Shown here piece by piece: positions 18,891 to 28,900 of a stretch of DNA of 64,000 nt. The DNA comes from an uncultured virus (IMG/VR IMGVR_UViG_3300046386_000047) (Duplodnaviria > Heunggongvirae > Uroviricota > Caudoviricetes). Where the stretch lies: the IMG/VR virus record IMGVR_UViG_3300046386_000047; one strand, 5' to 3'. The position numbers and the translations under genes were made by a program. Position 1 is the stretch's first letter, and the number at the start of each line of letters is the position of its first letter. Under the pieces are notes generated by a model that saw only the letters and a program-made list of their open reading frames with translations, was not told the origin of the DNA and searched no databases.

Positions 18891-20831
18891 ATGCCCCTGC
18901 AAAAACTGCTCCTGCGCCCGGGGGTAAACCGAGAATCGACATCGCTGGCCAATGAAGGCACTTGGTTCGAAATGGACAAGGTGCGCTTTCGCTCGGGCTT
19001 TCCTGAAAAGATTGGCGGCTGGACCAAGGACACCGGCACACCACTGACCGGACTCATGCCACCGACAGGCTCCTACTGGGGGGTTGCGCGTTCCTTGTGG
19101 AACTGGGTGACTCTGGCCGGGTACAACTTGATGGGCGTGGGCACCAACCTGAAATACTACATCCAGCCATCCACTGGCGGTACGTTCTGGGACATCACGC
19201 CCCTGCGGGACACGGTAACAGTTGCCTCGGGTGCATTTACCACGGTAAACGGTTCAACCACGGTCACGATCAACGACACAAGTCACGGTGCCGAAACGGG
19301 CGACTTTGTCACCATCTCTGGCGTATCTGGCGCGGTCAATGGCATCCCCGCCTCCGCGCTCAACAAAGAGTTTCGCCTGACCGTGGTTGATGTGAACACG
19401 TACACAATCGTTGTTACATCTCCCGCAACGTCTTCTGGCACGGCGGGTGCGGCCACGTTTGCGTACCAAATTTCGACCGGCCCTGAGATTTACTCGGTGG
19501 CAAACGGGTGGGGTGCGGGCGGCTGGGGCGGTATTACGGGTTCTGCCACGCCTACCGGCTGGGGTCAATCTGGCGCTACGGGGTTTGCTACGCAGATTCG
19601 TTTGTGGACTCAAGACAACTACGGCCAAGACTTGGTGCTGAATCCTCGGGGCGGCGGTCTGTACCTGTGGAAAGTCAACGCCAACCCGTTGGTGTATGAC
19701 CGCGCAGTTCTGCTGTCATCTACGAGCCCATCGCCCTACACAACCGACACAGACTGCCCAACGGTAGCCAGCGCCGTGGCGGTGTCCGATTCCTCGCGCT
19801 TTGTGATTGCGTTTGGCTGCAATGACTACGGCTCCTCCACGCTTGACCCGCTGCTGGTTCGGTGGTCTGACCAAGAAAACTATGCCGTGTGGACCCCGCA
19901 GGCCACAAACCAAGCGGGCAGCTACCGGCTGAGCACAGGCTCGTCCATCGTTGCGCACCAGCAGACACGTCAGGAAATTCTGGTGTGGACGGATTCTGCC
20001 GTGTACTCCATGCAGTACCTTGGCCCGCCGTACGTCTGGGGATTCCAGATCATGGGTGACAACATCTCTATTGCAGGGCCAAACGCCACCGCAGCTGCAG
20101 CGAACGTCACGTACTGGATGGGGCTGGACAAGTTCTACATGTACTCCGGCCGAGTTGAAACGCTGTACTGCCCACTGCGCCAGTACATCTTTGGCGACAT
20201 CAACCTGCAGCAGCAGTACCAGTTTTTTGCTGGGACCAATGAAGGTTTCAACGAGGTCTGGTGGTTCTACTGCTCTGCCGACTCGACCGCGATTGACCGC
20301 TATGTGGTTTACAACTACTTGGAAAAAGTTTGGTCGTACGGAAACATGGCCCGCACTGCTTGGCTGGACACAGCTTTGCGCGAGCACCCTACAGCTGCCG
20401 GTTACGGCGGGCAGTTGATTTACCACGAAGACGGCGTAGACGACGGCACCACCAACCCACCAAGCGCGATCAGCTCGTACATCCAGTCGGCCGATGCCAA
20501 TATTGGTGATGGGCACAACTACGGCTTTGTCTGGCGCATGATCCCAGACATCACGTTCGACGGCTCTACGGTGGACAAACCGTCCGTGACCATGACGCTC
20601 AAGCCCCGGCAAAACCCCGGCTCAAACTACAGCGCGTCCGCATCGCCTACGGTGGCCAGCACGCAGAACTACACCGGGCAGCGCAACTACAACGTGCAGC
20701 AGTTCACGGAGATTGTGTACGTCCGGGTTCGCGGTCGCCAGATGGCGTTCCGAATCAGCTCCGAGGACTTGGGTGTGCAGTGGCAGCTCGGTGTTCCTTC
20801 ACTCGACATCCGTCCTGACGGCAGACGTTGA
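18891..20831 (+). CDS. Tail nozzle or DNA-stabilisation protein
   Basis: 646 aa, Trp-rich beta-propeller-like sequence (VRWSDQE), ends DIRPDGRR, precedes the ejection genes. Confidence 0.7.
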   Translation: MPLQKLLLRPGVNRESTSLANEGTWFEMDKVRFRSGFPEKIGGWTKDTGTPLTGLMPPTGSYWGVARSLWNWVTLAGYNLMGVGTNLKYYIQPSTGGTFWDITPLRDTVTVASGAFTTVNGSTTVTINDTSHGAETGDFVTISGVSGAVNGIPASALNKEFRLTVVDVNTYTIVVTSPATSSGTAGAATFAYQISTGPEIYSVANGWGAGGWGGITGSATPTGWGQSGATGFATQIRLWTQDNYGQDLVLNPRGGGLYLWKVNANPLVYDRAVLLSSTSPSPYTTDTDCPTVASAVAVSDSSRFVIAFGCNDYGSSTLDPLLVRWSDQENYAVWTPQATNQAGSYRLSTGSSIVAHQQTRQEILVWTDSAVYSMQYLGPPYVWGFQIMGDNISIAGPNATAAAANVTYWMGLDKFYMYSGRVETLYCPLRQYIFGDINLQQQYQFFAGTNEGFNEVWWFYCSADSTAIDRYVVYNYLEKVWSYGNMARTAWLDTALREHPTAAGYGGQLIYHEDGVDDGTTNPPSAISSYIQSADANIGDGHNYGFVWRMIPDITFDGSTVDKPSVTMTLKPRQNPGSNYSASASPTVASTQNYTGQRNYNVQQFTEIVYVRVRGRQMAFRISSEDLGVQWQLGVPSLDIRPDGRR

Positions 20832-20834
20832 CTT

Positions 20835-21146
20835 ATGAGCCAGAAAAACACACGAGCCCCCATGCTGCCGGTCGCTCCGGTAGAATACAGCGCACAGTTC
20901 ATCAACCAGTTGACGAGCATTTTGCGGCTGTATTTCAACCAACTGGACAACGCGGGGCCTATGGCGGCCGCGACCCAGCGAGTGAACGGCAACATTGTTG
21001 CTGCATTGAGCTTCATCCAGCCCGATCCAGCGAACCCGAATACGTTCACGCTCAGCTTGCCAAGCGAGGCGGATTTGAGTAACCTCCGAGTGGGCGACGT
21101 TTACTACGACAGCACCGCCGGAAACGTCTTGAAAGTCAAAACATGA
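20835..21146 (+). CDS. Hypothetical virion protein
   Basis: LPVAPVEY...LRLYFNQLD, coupled to its neighbours. Confidence 0.7.
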   Translation: MSQKNTRAPMLPVAPVEYSAQFINQLTSILRLYFNQLDNAGPMAAATQRVNGNIVAALSFIQPDPANPNTFTLSLPSEADLSNLRVGDVYYDSTAGNVLKVKT

Positions 21147-23035
21147 GCCTACAACTTGCCGCACAACACTTGGCCTCCCGTGGCAGGGGTCCAGACACAA
21201 CGCTCGTCCACATGGCCCCACAAGAAGTGGAAGGCTTGCAGGCGCTTGCCAAAGCCCACGGCGGCTCTTTGACGGTCAACCCGGACACAGGTCTGGCTGA
21301 AGCTGGTTTCCTGTCGAGCATCCTGCCCATGGTGGCGGGTGCGGCTTTGACGGCGACTGGTGTTGGTGCTCCAATGGCTGCGCTAATGGTTGGCGGCGGC
21401 ATGACCGTGGCCACAGGCAGTCTGCAAAAAGGTTTGATGGCCGGTATGGGCGCATACGGCGGAGCTGGTTTGGCCAGCGGTTTGATGGGTGCTGGTGCCG
21501 CTGGCGCAGCCGAAGCGGGGTTGGCCGGGTTGGGTTCTATGGGCCCCCAAACGGCGGCTCAGCTTGGCACAGGTCTTGAGGCGTCGCTGGCTGCTCAAGG
21601 CGTAGCTCCGACTTTGGGGGCAACTAGCGCTTCTATGGGCGCACAAACCGCCGGACAGTTGGGCGCAGGATTTCAGGCCGACATGGCCGCTCAAGGCATT
21701 AAAGCATCGCCAATTCACGCCGATCTGGCTGTTGCAAACGCAGTCCCCACCGTTACAAAAGCACCAACTCCGGGATTCACCGACAACGTATCCCAGATGT
21801 TCCAAGGCGCTAAAAACTTGGGCGAAGAGAGTGGTCGCACAGCGTTCATGGACAAGGTTGGCGGCACAAAAGGCTTGATGCAGTACGGCTTGGCTGGTCT
21901 TGCCCCTGTCGGCATGGAAATGATGCAACCAAAGCCCATGGCACAGCGCCCGACAGAGGCAACACCACGCTACTCCTACGCACCCGGCCGAGTCGAAGAC
22001 CCGCAAGCTGGCTACACCGGAGCCTACACAGGCGAGCGCACGTACTTCAACCCTGTGTACACCCGCACAGCTGCCGGTGGTGGCCTTATGGACATTGGCC
22101 CAATCGAGTCCATGTCGCGCAACAATGAAGCCGAAGTGATGATGGCCAATGGCGGCGTGCGCTTTGCCGAAGGCGGCGACACCAGTGCGGTCAAGCCTGT
22201 CGAGCAAGACCCGTACTACACCATGTCTGGCCAGTCCGGCGAAGCATTCAAGTACTTGATGGGCCAAGGCACAAAACCTGCGGCAGCAGCGCGGGCTCCT
22301 GTTGCGGTAAGCACAGGTCTTTTAGGTCTTGCGCAACCAACCGACGGTCGTATAGACGGCCAAGGCGGCAACTGGGTTGACGACACCTCTGGCAACATCA
22401 AGCCGTACAGCTTCGATCCGAACACTGGTACGTTTACGGCTGCCCCGCTGCCGAAAGTGTGGGTGCCGTACGCTGCACCAGCCATCACTGCGTTTTCTGG
22501 TGGTGACGGGGGTTGGGGTAGTTTTGGGGATACTGGAGGTGGCGGCAACAGTGGAGGTGTTTACGGCGGGGGTTTCGTTGCAGCCAACCCGGCAGATTTT
22601 GGGGCTGTCGCGTCTAGTGACCCGTCTCAGGCGTACGGCGGGGGCGATTCGACATCCGCGTCTTCCGCAGACTCGACGGCCTCCGACAACTCCGGCGTTG
22701 GTGGATGGGCGCACGGCGGCATCGCGTCTTTGGCTCAAGGTGGCCAGAGCCATCTGGGCGACTACTCGGACGGCGGGCGCTTGCTGCGCGGCCCCGGTGA
22801 CGGCGTCTCTGACGACATCCCTGCCACAATTGGCGAGAAGCGACCAGCACGTTTGGCTGACGGTGAGTTTGTGGTTCCGGCCCGCATCGTCTCGGAGCTG
22901 GGTAACGGCTCGACTGAGGCTGGTGCCCGCAAGCTGTACGCCATGATGGACCGCGTGCAATCCGCCCGCAAGAAGTCAATCGGCAAAGACCGTGTGGCCG
23001 TCAACAGCCGCGCTGAGAAACTTCTTCCCGTATAA
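21143..23035 (+). CDS. Internal virion or ejection protein
   Basis: Gly/Ala-rich; GRGPDT.LVHM, TVNPDTGL and C-terminal GPGDGVSDDIPA...ADGEFVVPA. Confidence 0.7.
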   Translation: MSLQLAAQHLASRGRGPDTTLVHMAPQEVEGLQALAKAHGGSLTVNPDTGLAEAGFLSSILPMVAGAALTATGVGAPMAALMVGGGMTVATGSLQKGLMAGMGAYGGAGLASGLMGAGAAGAAEAGLAGLGSMGPQTAAQLGTGLEASLAAQGVAPTLGATSASMGAQTAGQLGAGFQADMAAQGIKASPIHADLAVANAVPTVTKAPTPGFTDNVSQMFQGAKNLGEESGRTAFMDKVGGTKGLMQYGLAGLAPVGMEMMQPKPMAQRPTEATPRYSYAPGRVEDPQAGYTGAYTGERTYFNPVYTRTAAGGGLMDIGPIESMSRNNEAEVMMANGGVRFAEGGDTSAVKPVEQDPYYTMSGQSGEAFKYLMGQGTKPAAAARAPVAVSTGLLGLAQPTDGRIDGQGGNWVDDTSGNIKPYSFDPNTGTFTAAPLPKVWVPYAAPAITAFSGGDGGWGSFGDTGGGGNSGGVYGGGFVAANPADFGAVASSDPSQAYGGGDSTSASSADSTASDNSGVGGWAHGGIASLAQGGQSHLGDYSDGGRLLRGPGDGVSDDIPATIGEKRPARLADGEFVVPARIVSELGNGSTEAGARKLYAMMDRVQSARKKSIGKDRVAVNSRAEKLLPV

Positions 23036-23037
23036 CC

Positions 23038-23445
23038 ATGGCCCTGCACCAAGTAGAACCCCGCCTGCTGCCGTCCATCTGGCCGATCGCAGCGCCTTTA
23101 CTGCAAAAAGCCATCGACATTGACCCCGGCTCGATCACAATCGAACAAGTTGAGTACGGCGTTCGGACTGGTGCCTATAGCCTGTTGGTGTGGGATGAGC
23201 CGGGTGAAGGCATCACGGGCGCGGTGACAATCAGTTTCCAAGACCTGCCGATGCACCGCGTGGCGCACGCGCACCTGATGGGCGGCAAAAGCATCGTCCG
23301 CAAGCACGTCTTTGAAGAGGCCATGCACTGGATGCGCCTGAACGGGGCCACAAAAGCGCAGTGCTGGTGCAAAGACAACTTGGTGCCAATGTACGAAAAA
23401 ATGGGTCTTGAGAAGACACACAATGTGATGAGGATTGAGCTATGA
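23038..23445 (+). CDS. Putative GNAT-fold acetyltransferase-like protein
   Basis: 135 aa among the ejection genes, MYEKMG motif. Confidence 0.5.
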   Translation: MALHQVEPRLLPSIWPIAAPLLQKAIDIDPGSITIEQVEYGVRTGAYSLLVWDEPGEGITGAVTISFQDLPMHRVAHAHLMGGKSIVRKHVFEEAMHWMRLNGATKAQCWCKDNLVPMYEKMGLEKTHNVMRIEL

Positions 23446-24512
23446 ACATTCTGGACATGAAACGCAAGATGCTGCCTTTGGGCAATCCTCAAGTCGATGA
23501 CGGCGGTGGCGGCGGTGCTGCTCCAGCTCAAACTACACAAACCCAAGACCTGCCGGATTGGGCTAAGCCTTACGCACAAGAAGTTCTGGGCAAAGGCTCG
23601 GCGCTGTCGTCTGCGCCTTATCAGGCATACCAAGGTGAGCGAATCGCGCAATTCACACCTCTGCAGCAACGCGCATTCCAAGGTGCAACCACCATGACGC
23701 CTTCGGCCGCCACAGGTCAGGGCATCAACATCGCCGGACAGGCCGCAGGGCAGGCGCTGAACACGCAGTACGACCCCTATGCCACTGGGCAGTTCGGCGC
23801 TCAAGCGGGCCAGTACATGGACCCGTACATGCAGAACGTGGTGGGGATGCAGCAACGTGAAGCGGCACGCGCCTCTGAGATGCAACGCAATCAGAACCAA
23901 GCGCAGGCCGTTGGGCAAGGCGCGTTTGGTGGCAGCCGTCAGGCCATTGTTGAGGCGGAGCGTCAGCGCAACCTCGGCACGCAAATGGGCGACATTCAAG
24001 CCAAGGGCCTGCAGGACGCTTACAGCCGTGGCCAGACGCAATTCAACACTGAGCAGCAGTTGCGCGAGCAGTCCAAGCAGTACGGCGCAGGGCTCGGGCT
24101 TCAGGGCCTGCAGACCGCCCTCACCGGCGCACAGAATCTTGGTGCACTGGGCCAGCAACAGTTCACGCAGGGCATGGATGTCAACAAGCTGCAGGCGGGC
24201 TACGGCGCACAGCAGCAGCAGCAGACGCAGAACATTCTCAGCCAGCAGTACCAAGACTTCTTGGACCAGAAGAAGTTCCCATACCAACAGCTGGAGTTCC
24301 AATCCAACTTGCTGCGCGGCACGCCGTCCGGTTCGACTCAGACCTTGTACACAGCACAGCCGAGTGGGCTGTCGCAAGTTGCAGGTTTGGGCACCGCAGC
24401 GCTCGGTGCCAGCCAGTTGATGAAAGCCAAAGGCGGCACGGTCAGCTCCGAGCCCAAAGGCAAGAAGAAAAAATCGGCAGGTCTGGCTGAGCTGGCCCTG
24501 TCCAAAATCTGA
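23442..24512 (+). CDS. Internal virion or ejection protein
   Basis: Gln/Gly-rich; YMDPYMQNV, GAFGGSRQ. Confidence 0.72.
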   Translation: MNILDMKRKMLPLGNPQVDDGGGGGAAPAQTTQTQDLPDWAKPYAQEVLGKGSALSSAPYQAYQGERIAQFTPLQQRAFQGATTMTPSAATGQGINIAGQAAGQALNTQYDPYATGQFGAQAGQYMDPYMQNVVGMQQREAARASEMQRNQNQAQAVGQGAFGGSRQAIVEAERQRNLGTQMGDIQAKGLQDAYSRGQTQFNTEQQLREQSKQYGAGLGLQGLQTALTGAQNLGALGQQQFTQGMDVNKLQAGYGAQQQQQTQNILSQQYQDFLDQKKFPYQQLEFQSNLLRGTPSGSTQTLYTAQPSGLSQVAGLGTAALGASQLMKAKGGTVSSEPKGKKKKSAGLAELALSKI

Positions 24513-24520
24513 GGAACGCC

Positions 24521-25951
24521 ATGATTGACGTCAACAAGATCACCTCCACGCTGGCCAAGTTGCCAGACCAGCAGCTGCAGCAGTACGCGCAGATGCACAA
24601 GAGCGATCCGTACATCATGGCCTTGGCCATGTCGGAGTCCAACCGCCGCAAAGATTTGCGCTCTGCCGGGCAGGGTGCGCAAGGCGGGCAAGAGCAACCC
24701 AAGGTCGTCGACCAGATGGTTGCCGGGATGGCTCCCCAACAGTTGCCCGAGGAAATGGGTATTGGCCAGCTCCCAACAGGTGACATGAACTTCGCCGATG
24801 GCGGCATCGTGGCGTTTGCGGATGGTGGTGACGTGATGTACGACCCCGCAACAGGCCTGCCTGTGTACGATCCGGCCAATCAAGGCGGTCAAGACGACCG
24901 CACGATCCTTGAGCGCCTCGGCATTTTCAACCCAGAAAATCGCCGTGCTTTGGAGCGAGGGGAGCGCATGGCTGCAACCCCTTCCAGCCGCACCACAGTA
25001 CCAGCGCCGGGCTACACACGCACCGACCCTCGGGCTACGGGTGCAAACACGTTTGCGGATTCCATCAAGGCACTCACTCCTGCGCCTGCTGCGGACACTG
25101 GCCGTAAAACTCCCGGTGCGCCCGGGGCTGCGCCTGCCGCTGCCAAACCTGCTGCTGTCGGATTCCGTGAGCAGTACCTGAAAGACCTCGAAGGTATGGC
25201 CCCTGAGAAGGCCAAGTCCCTTGAGGAAATCCGCGCTGAGCGTGCCGCGCTCATGCCCAAAGACAAGGCGTACGCCGGTTTGGAAGCTGCGCTGAACAAG
25301 GACGCAGAAGGTGCCGCAGGCGAGAAGCAAGACGCTATCTGGATGGCCGTGACCCAAGCAGGTCTGGCCGCTGCCGCTGGCACGTCTACAAGTGCTCTCA
25401 AGAACATTGCCGACGGCTTTGGTACTGGCTTGGCCGGGTACAAAGAGTCGCTCAAGGAGTTCAAGAAGGCCGACAAAGAGCGTCAGAAAGCCATGGCCGA
25501 CATCGAGCAAGCCCGTCGGGCCGAAGAGCGCGGCGATGTGGATGCGGCAATTGGTCTGCGCGAGAAGGGCCAAGAACGCATGGACAAGTACAACGACCGC
25601 AAGGCCGCTGGCTTGGCCGCCATCACCGGCAGCGAGATCAGCGCGGCAGCTTCCAAGTACGCAACAGATTCCAGCGCGGCGACAGCCCGAGACAACGCCA
25701 AACGCACGCCTGCCGAGGTGCGACTGATCGAGCTTTACGGCAGTGACCCCAAGTTTGCCGCTGCGTACGACAAGTTTGCCCAAGCCAAGCGCGAGCCGCA
25801 GACCCAAGAGACTTTGATGAAGGCGTGGTCCAGCAACATGTTGCTGCAACAGCAGTACCCAAACCCGCAGGACTACATTAAAATGATGGCTGGTTCCAGC
25901 GCAGACGCTGGAACAGGCGGATTCAAAGTGGTAGGGGTCCGCAACCCTTAA
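24521..25951 (+). CDS. Internal virion or ejection protein
   Basis: Ala-rich helical protein with FADGG twice. Confidence 0.68.
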   Translation: MIDVNKITSTLAKLPDQQLQQYAQMHKSDPYIMALAMSESNRRKDLRSAGQGAQGGQEQPKVVDQMVAGMAPQQLPEEMGIGQLPTGDMNFADGGIVAFADGGDVMYDPATGLPVYDPANQGGQDDRTILERLGIFNPENRRALERGERMAATPSSRTTVPAPGYTRTDPRATGANTFADSIKALTPAPAADTGRKTPGAPGAAPAAAKPAAVGFREQYLKDLEGMAPEKAKSLEEIRAERAALMPKDKAYAGLEAALNKDAEGAAGEKQDAIWMAVTQAGLAAAAGTSTSALKNIADGFGTGLAGYKESLKEFKKADKERQKAMADIEQARRAEERGDVDAAIGLREKGQERMDKYNDRKAAGLAAITGSEISAAASKYATDSSAATARDNAKRTPAEVRLIELYGSDPKFAAAYDKFAQAKREPQTQETLMKAWSSNMLLQQQYPNPQDYIKMMAGSSADAGTGGFKVVGVRNP

Positions 25952-25969
25952 ACAATCAGGAAACAGGCT

Positions 25970-28900
25970 ATGCCCATTTACAGCGTACAAGGCCCCGATG
26001 GGCGTATTTATGATGTGGAGGGGCCAGCCGGAGCTTCCGAAGAGCAGATCATTGCGGTCATCCGGGGGCAGTTGCCGAAAGCCCCAGCGCAGCCAGCGCA
26101 GGACACCACCGGATTCAAAGCTGCCGCAGCTGCAGGCTTTGAGCGCCTCAAGGGCGAGACCGCGCTGACTGCCGGTAAGCTGGGCCTGATGGACACTGCC
26201 GCCGCTGAGCAGTACCAGAAACAAAAAGAAGCCGCTGCCCAGCAGCGCTTCACTCCCACGCAAGACGGCTGGACCGAGTCTCCTTGGCAGAAGTTCAAAG
26301 AGACCGCTGGCGGTTCTGTTCCGTATGTGGCTGCCCCCGTTGCGGCCGCAGGTCTTGGCGCTTTGGCTGCCACAGGTGTTGGTGCTCCCGCCGCTGCCGC
26401 GTTGGCTGCCGGAGCTGGCGCGTTCGGTGCATCTGCCGGTCAATTCACGGGCTCCAACCTGTCCGCTCAGATGGACACAGGCAAGACGCTGGAGCAGACA
26501 AGCCTCGGCGCTGCCGTAGGCGCTGCGATTCCCCAAGCTGCGCTGGACACTGCCGCCATGGCCCTGATGCCCGGCGTGGGCAAACTGTTTGGCTCCGTGG
26601 GCTCCAAGCTCACCACCGCACAGGCCGAGGCCATCGCCAAGCAGACGTTGAGCAAAGCAGCCGCCGACTATGCCGCCAAGACTGGTACGGCCATGACCCG
26701 GGAAGGTTTCACAGAGACTGTGCAACAGGTTATGGAGCGACTGCAGGCTGGCACCAGCTTGACCGACGAAGACGCCCGCAAAGAGTACATCGACAGTTTC
26801 ATTGGTGGTGCGGTGCTGGGCGGTGTGGCCGCCCCCGTTGGCCGTTATGTGGAGCGCGGCGCAGCCAAAACCCAAGCGCAAGAAGCCCAGCAAGCGCGTA
26901 TGCGCGAGCAGCGCAAGGTAGCCGACGAAGAAGCCAAGGTGCTGGCAGCGGAGGAAGAAGCGTACAAACAGACAGACAAGTACGCGCTGGACGTGGAGCA
27001 GAAGTACCAAGCCGCCGAGCAGCAGAAGGCTGTCCTCAAGGCGCAGATCAAAAAGCCCGCGCAGGGCGAGAAGCTCAACGAAGCCGACAAGGCGTTCAAC
27101 GCCGACATCAACACCCAGCTCAAGGAGCTGCAGCCCACCGTCAAAGAACTGGGCCAAGAGTTCAACCGCACGGCCAAGGTGCGCGAGCAGGCCAAAGAGC
27201 AGCAGCGCGTTGCGGGTATGGACCCGTTCGACTACATGATGGAGCAGACTGGCGCGGTCCCCACATACAAGCCCAGCAAACCCGGCACGCTGCCGGAAGT
27301 TGACATGGAAGGTATTCCCGGCGCTGCGTCGGAGCAGCCCACAGCTACCCAAGAGAGTGTGCAAGCACTTAACACGTACGCAGCGGACCGCGTGCAGCTG
27401 GCACAAGAACAGCTCATCAACCCAACGCCGAAAGAGCTTGTTGACTACTTAATGCAAGACCCCACCATGGCCGACCAGATGGTCAAGACCCGCACAAAAA
27501 CGCCAAACTTGCCCCGTAAAGAAAACGAGCTGGTGCTGGAAGGGCTCAAACTACGTCTCAAAGACGTTGCCAAAGGTGCAAAGCAAGAAGCAGAGACACG
27601 CGCCGAAAACATTCAAGCCGGTATGGCCGGGGCGGCTCCCGGTTCCGAACTTATGGGTGCTGCGCGAGAGATGCCCGGCGTGCAAAGCGCGGCGCAAGAG
27701 CGCGCTGTTGAAGATGTGCGGATCGGTAAAGTGTTCCCCGAAACGGAAGCCTTGCGCCGCATTTCCGAGAAACCCCCCGCGTTTGTTCGCCAAGATGACA
27801 CACTGCCGTTGCGCGTTGATGCGCTGGTAGATTCGACGTTGCCGAGCAGTAACATTTCCGGCAGGGTTGTTTCAGGCACCACGGTCGATACCGCCACAGA
27901 AGCCGACACGCTGCGAGCCCAACTGGCATACGCCAACGTGACAGACAACCGCGAGCGGGCTAACGAGCTAAAGAAGCGGCTGGCTGATATGAACGAGCCG
28001 GACACCGAAGCGGCTGCAGGCGATCTTGATTTTGGCGCGCGCGCCAAACGCGCGGGCATTGAAGGCACACTGTCAAAAGCTGCTATGCAGGCCAACCGCA
28101 CAACGCGTTTGTCGAACAGCCAGCTTTCCGCATACGATAAGTTGGCTGACTTTGTACAACGTGTTCGTGAGAGCGATCAGGACATTTCTGATGCGCGTAA
28201 GCAAACTTTGACGGACGTTGCCGAACGCTTGAAAGAAACTGTGGTGGGAGGAGCGCTCAACGAAATTGACGCACGCCGTGCACAAGCGCAACTACCAGAG
28301 CTGCCCACGGCCGAGAAGGTGAAGATTGTTGGCCAGCTGAATGCAACGCTTGGCGAGTTGGTCGAGCGCGGTGCTGGTATTTTTCAGAAACCTGTTGAGC
28401 AAAAAGCACAGGTGCGCGGCACCAAGACCGTTGTCAGCGCGGGCGAAGATCAAGGCCAGCCTGTTGGACGTCGCGTATTCAACAACTTTGAGGCGGCAGC
28501 AAAAGCACTGCGTGGGCAGATGCGCGATACGCTTGACACGCTTGGTGGGTTTGAACCAAAAGAAGCTGCGCCGCGCATCGAGCGCAAAGTACAAAGAGCA
28601 ACGCCGGAATTGCGCCGCCAGTGGCAAGTCGCATCTGAGCGCGAGTTGGGTCAGCAGTTTGTTGCTGCGTATGACCGCGCCAAGTCCGACGAGGACTACC
28701 GCACGCTCAAAGACATCGAAGCCAAGTTCAGCAAACTTTCTGAGGCTGCGCAGGATGAGGCTATTGTCCAAGTGCGTCGCGTTGAAAACGGGCTGTCGCT
28801 GGAAGTGCGTGGCGCACTGAAAGAAGAGTTGATCGACCTGCGCGCTGCAGGCTTGAGCGAGACCGGACAGGCAGAGCTATTTGCAGGGGACTCTGAGAAG

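Noticed and set aside
24338..27406. 1022-aa antisense ORF and other long antisense ORFs (5008..6321, 9783..10955, 12039..13484, 31175..32539)
   Set aside because: Shadows of GC-rich sense genes with biased codons; no motifs or RBS, unlike the motif-bearing same-strand HNH in the intein
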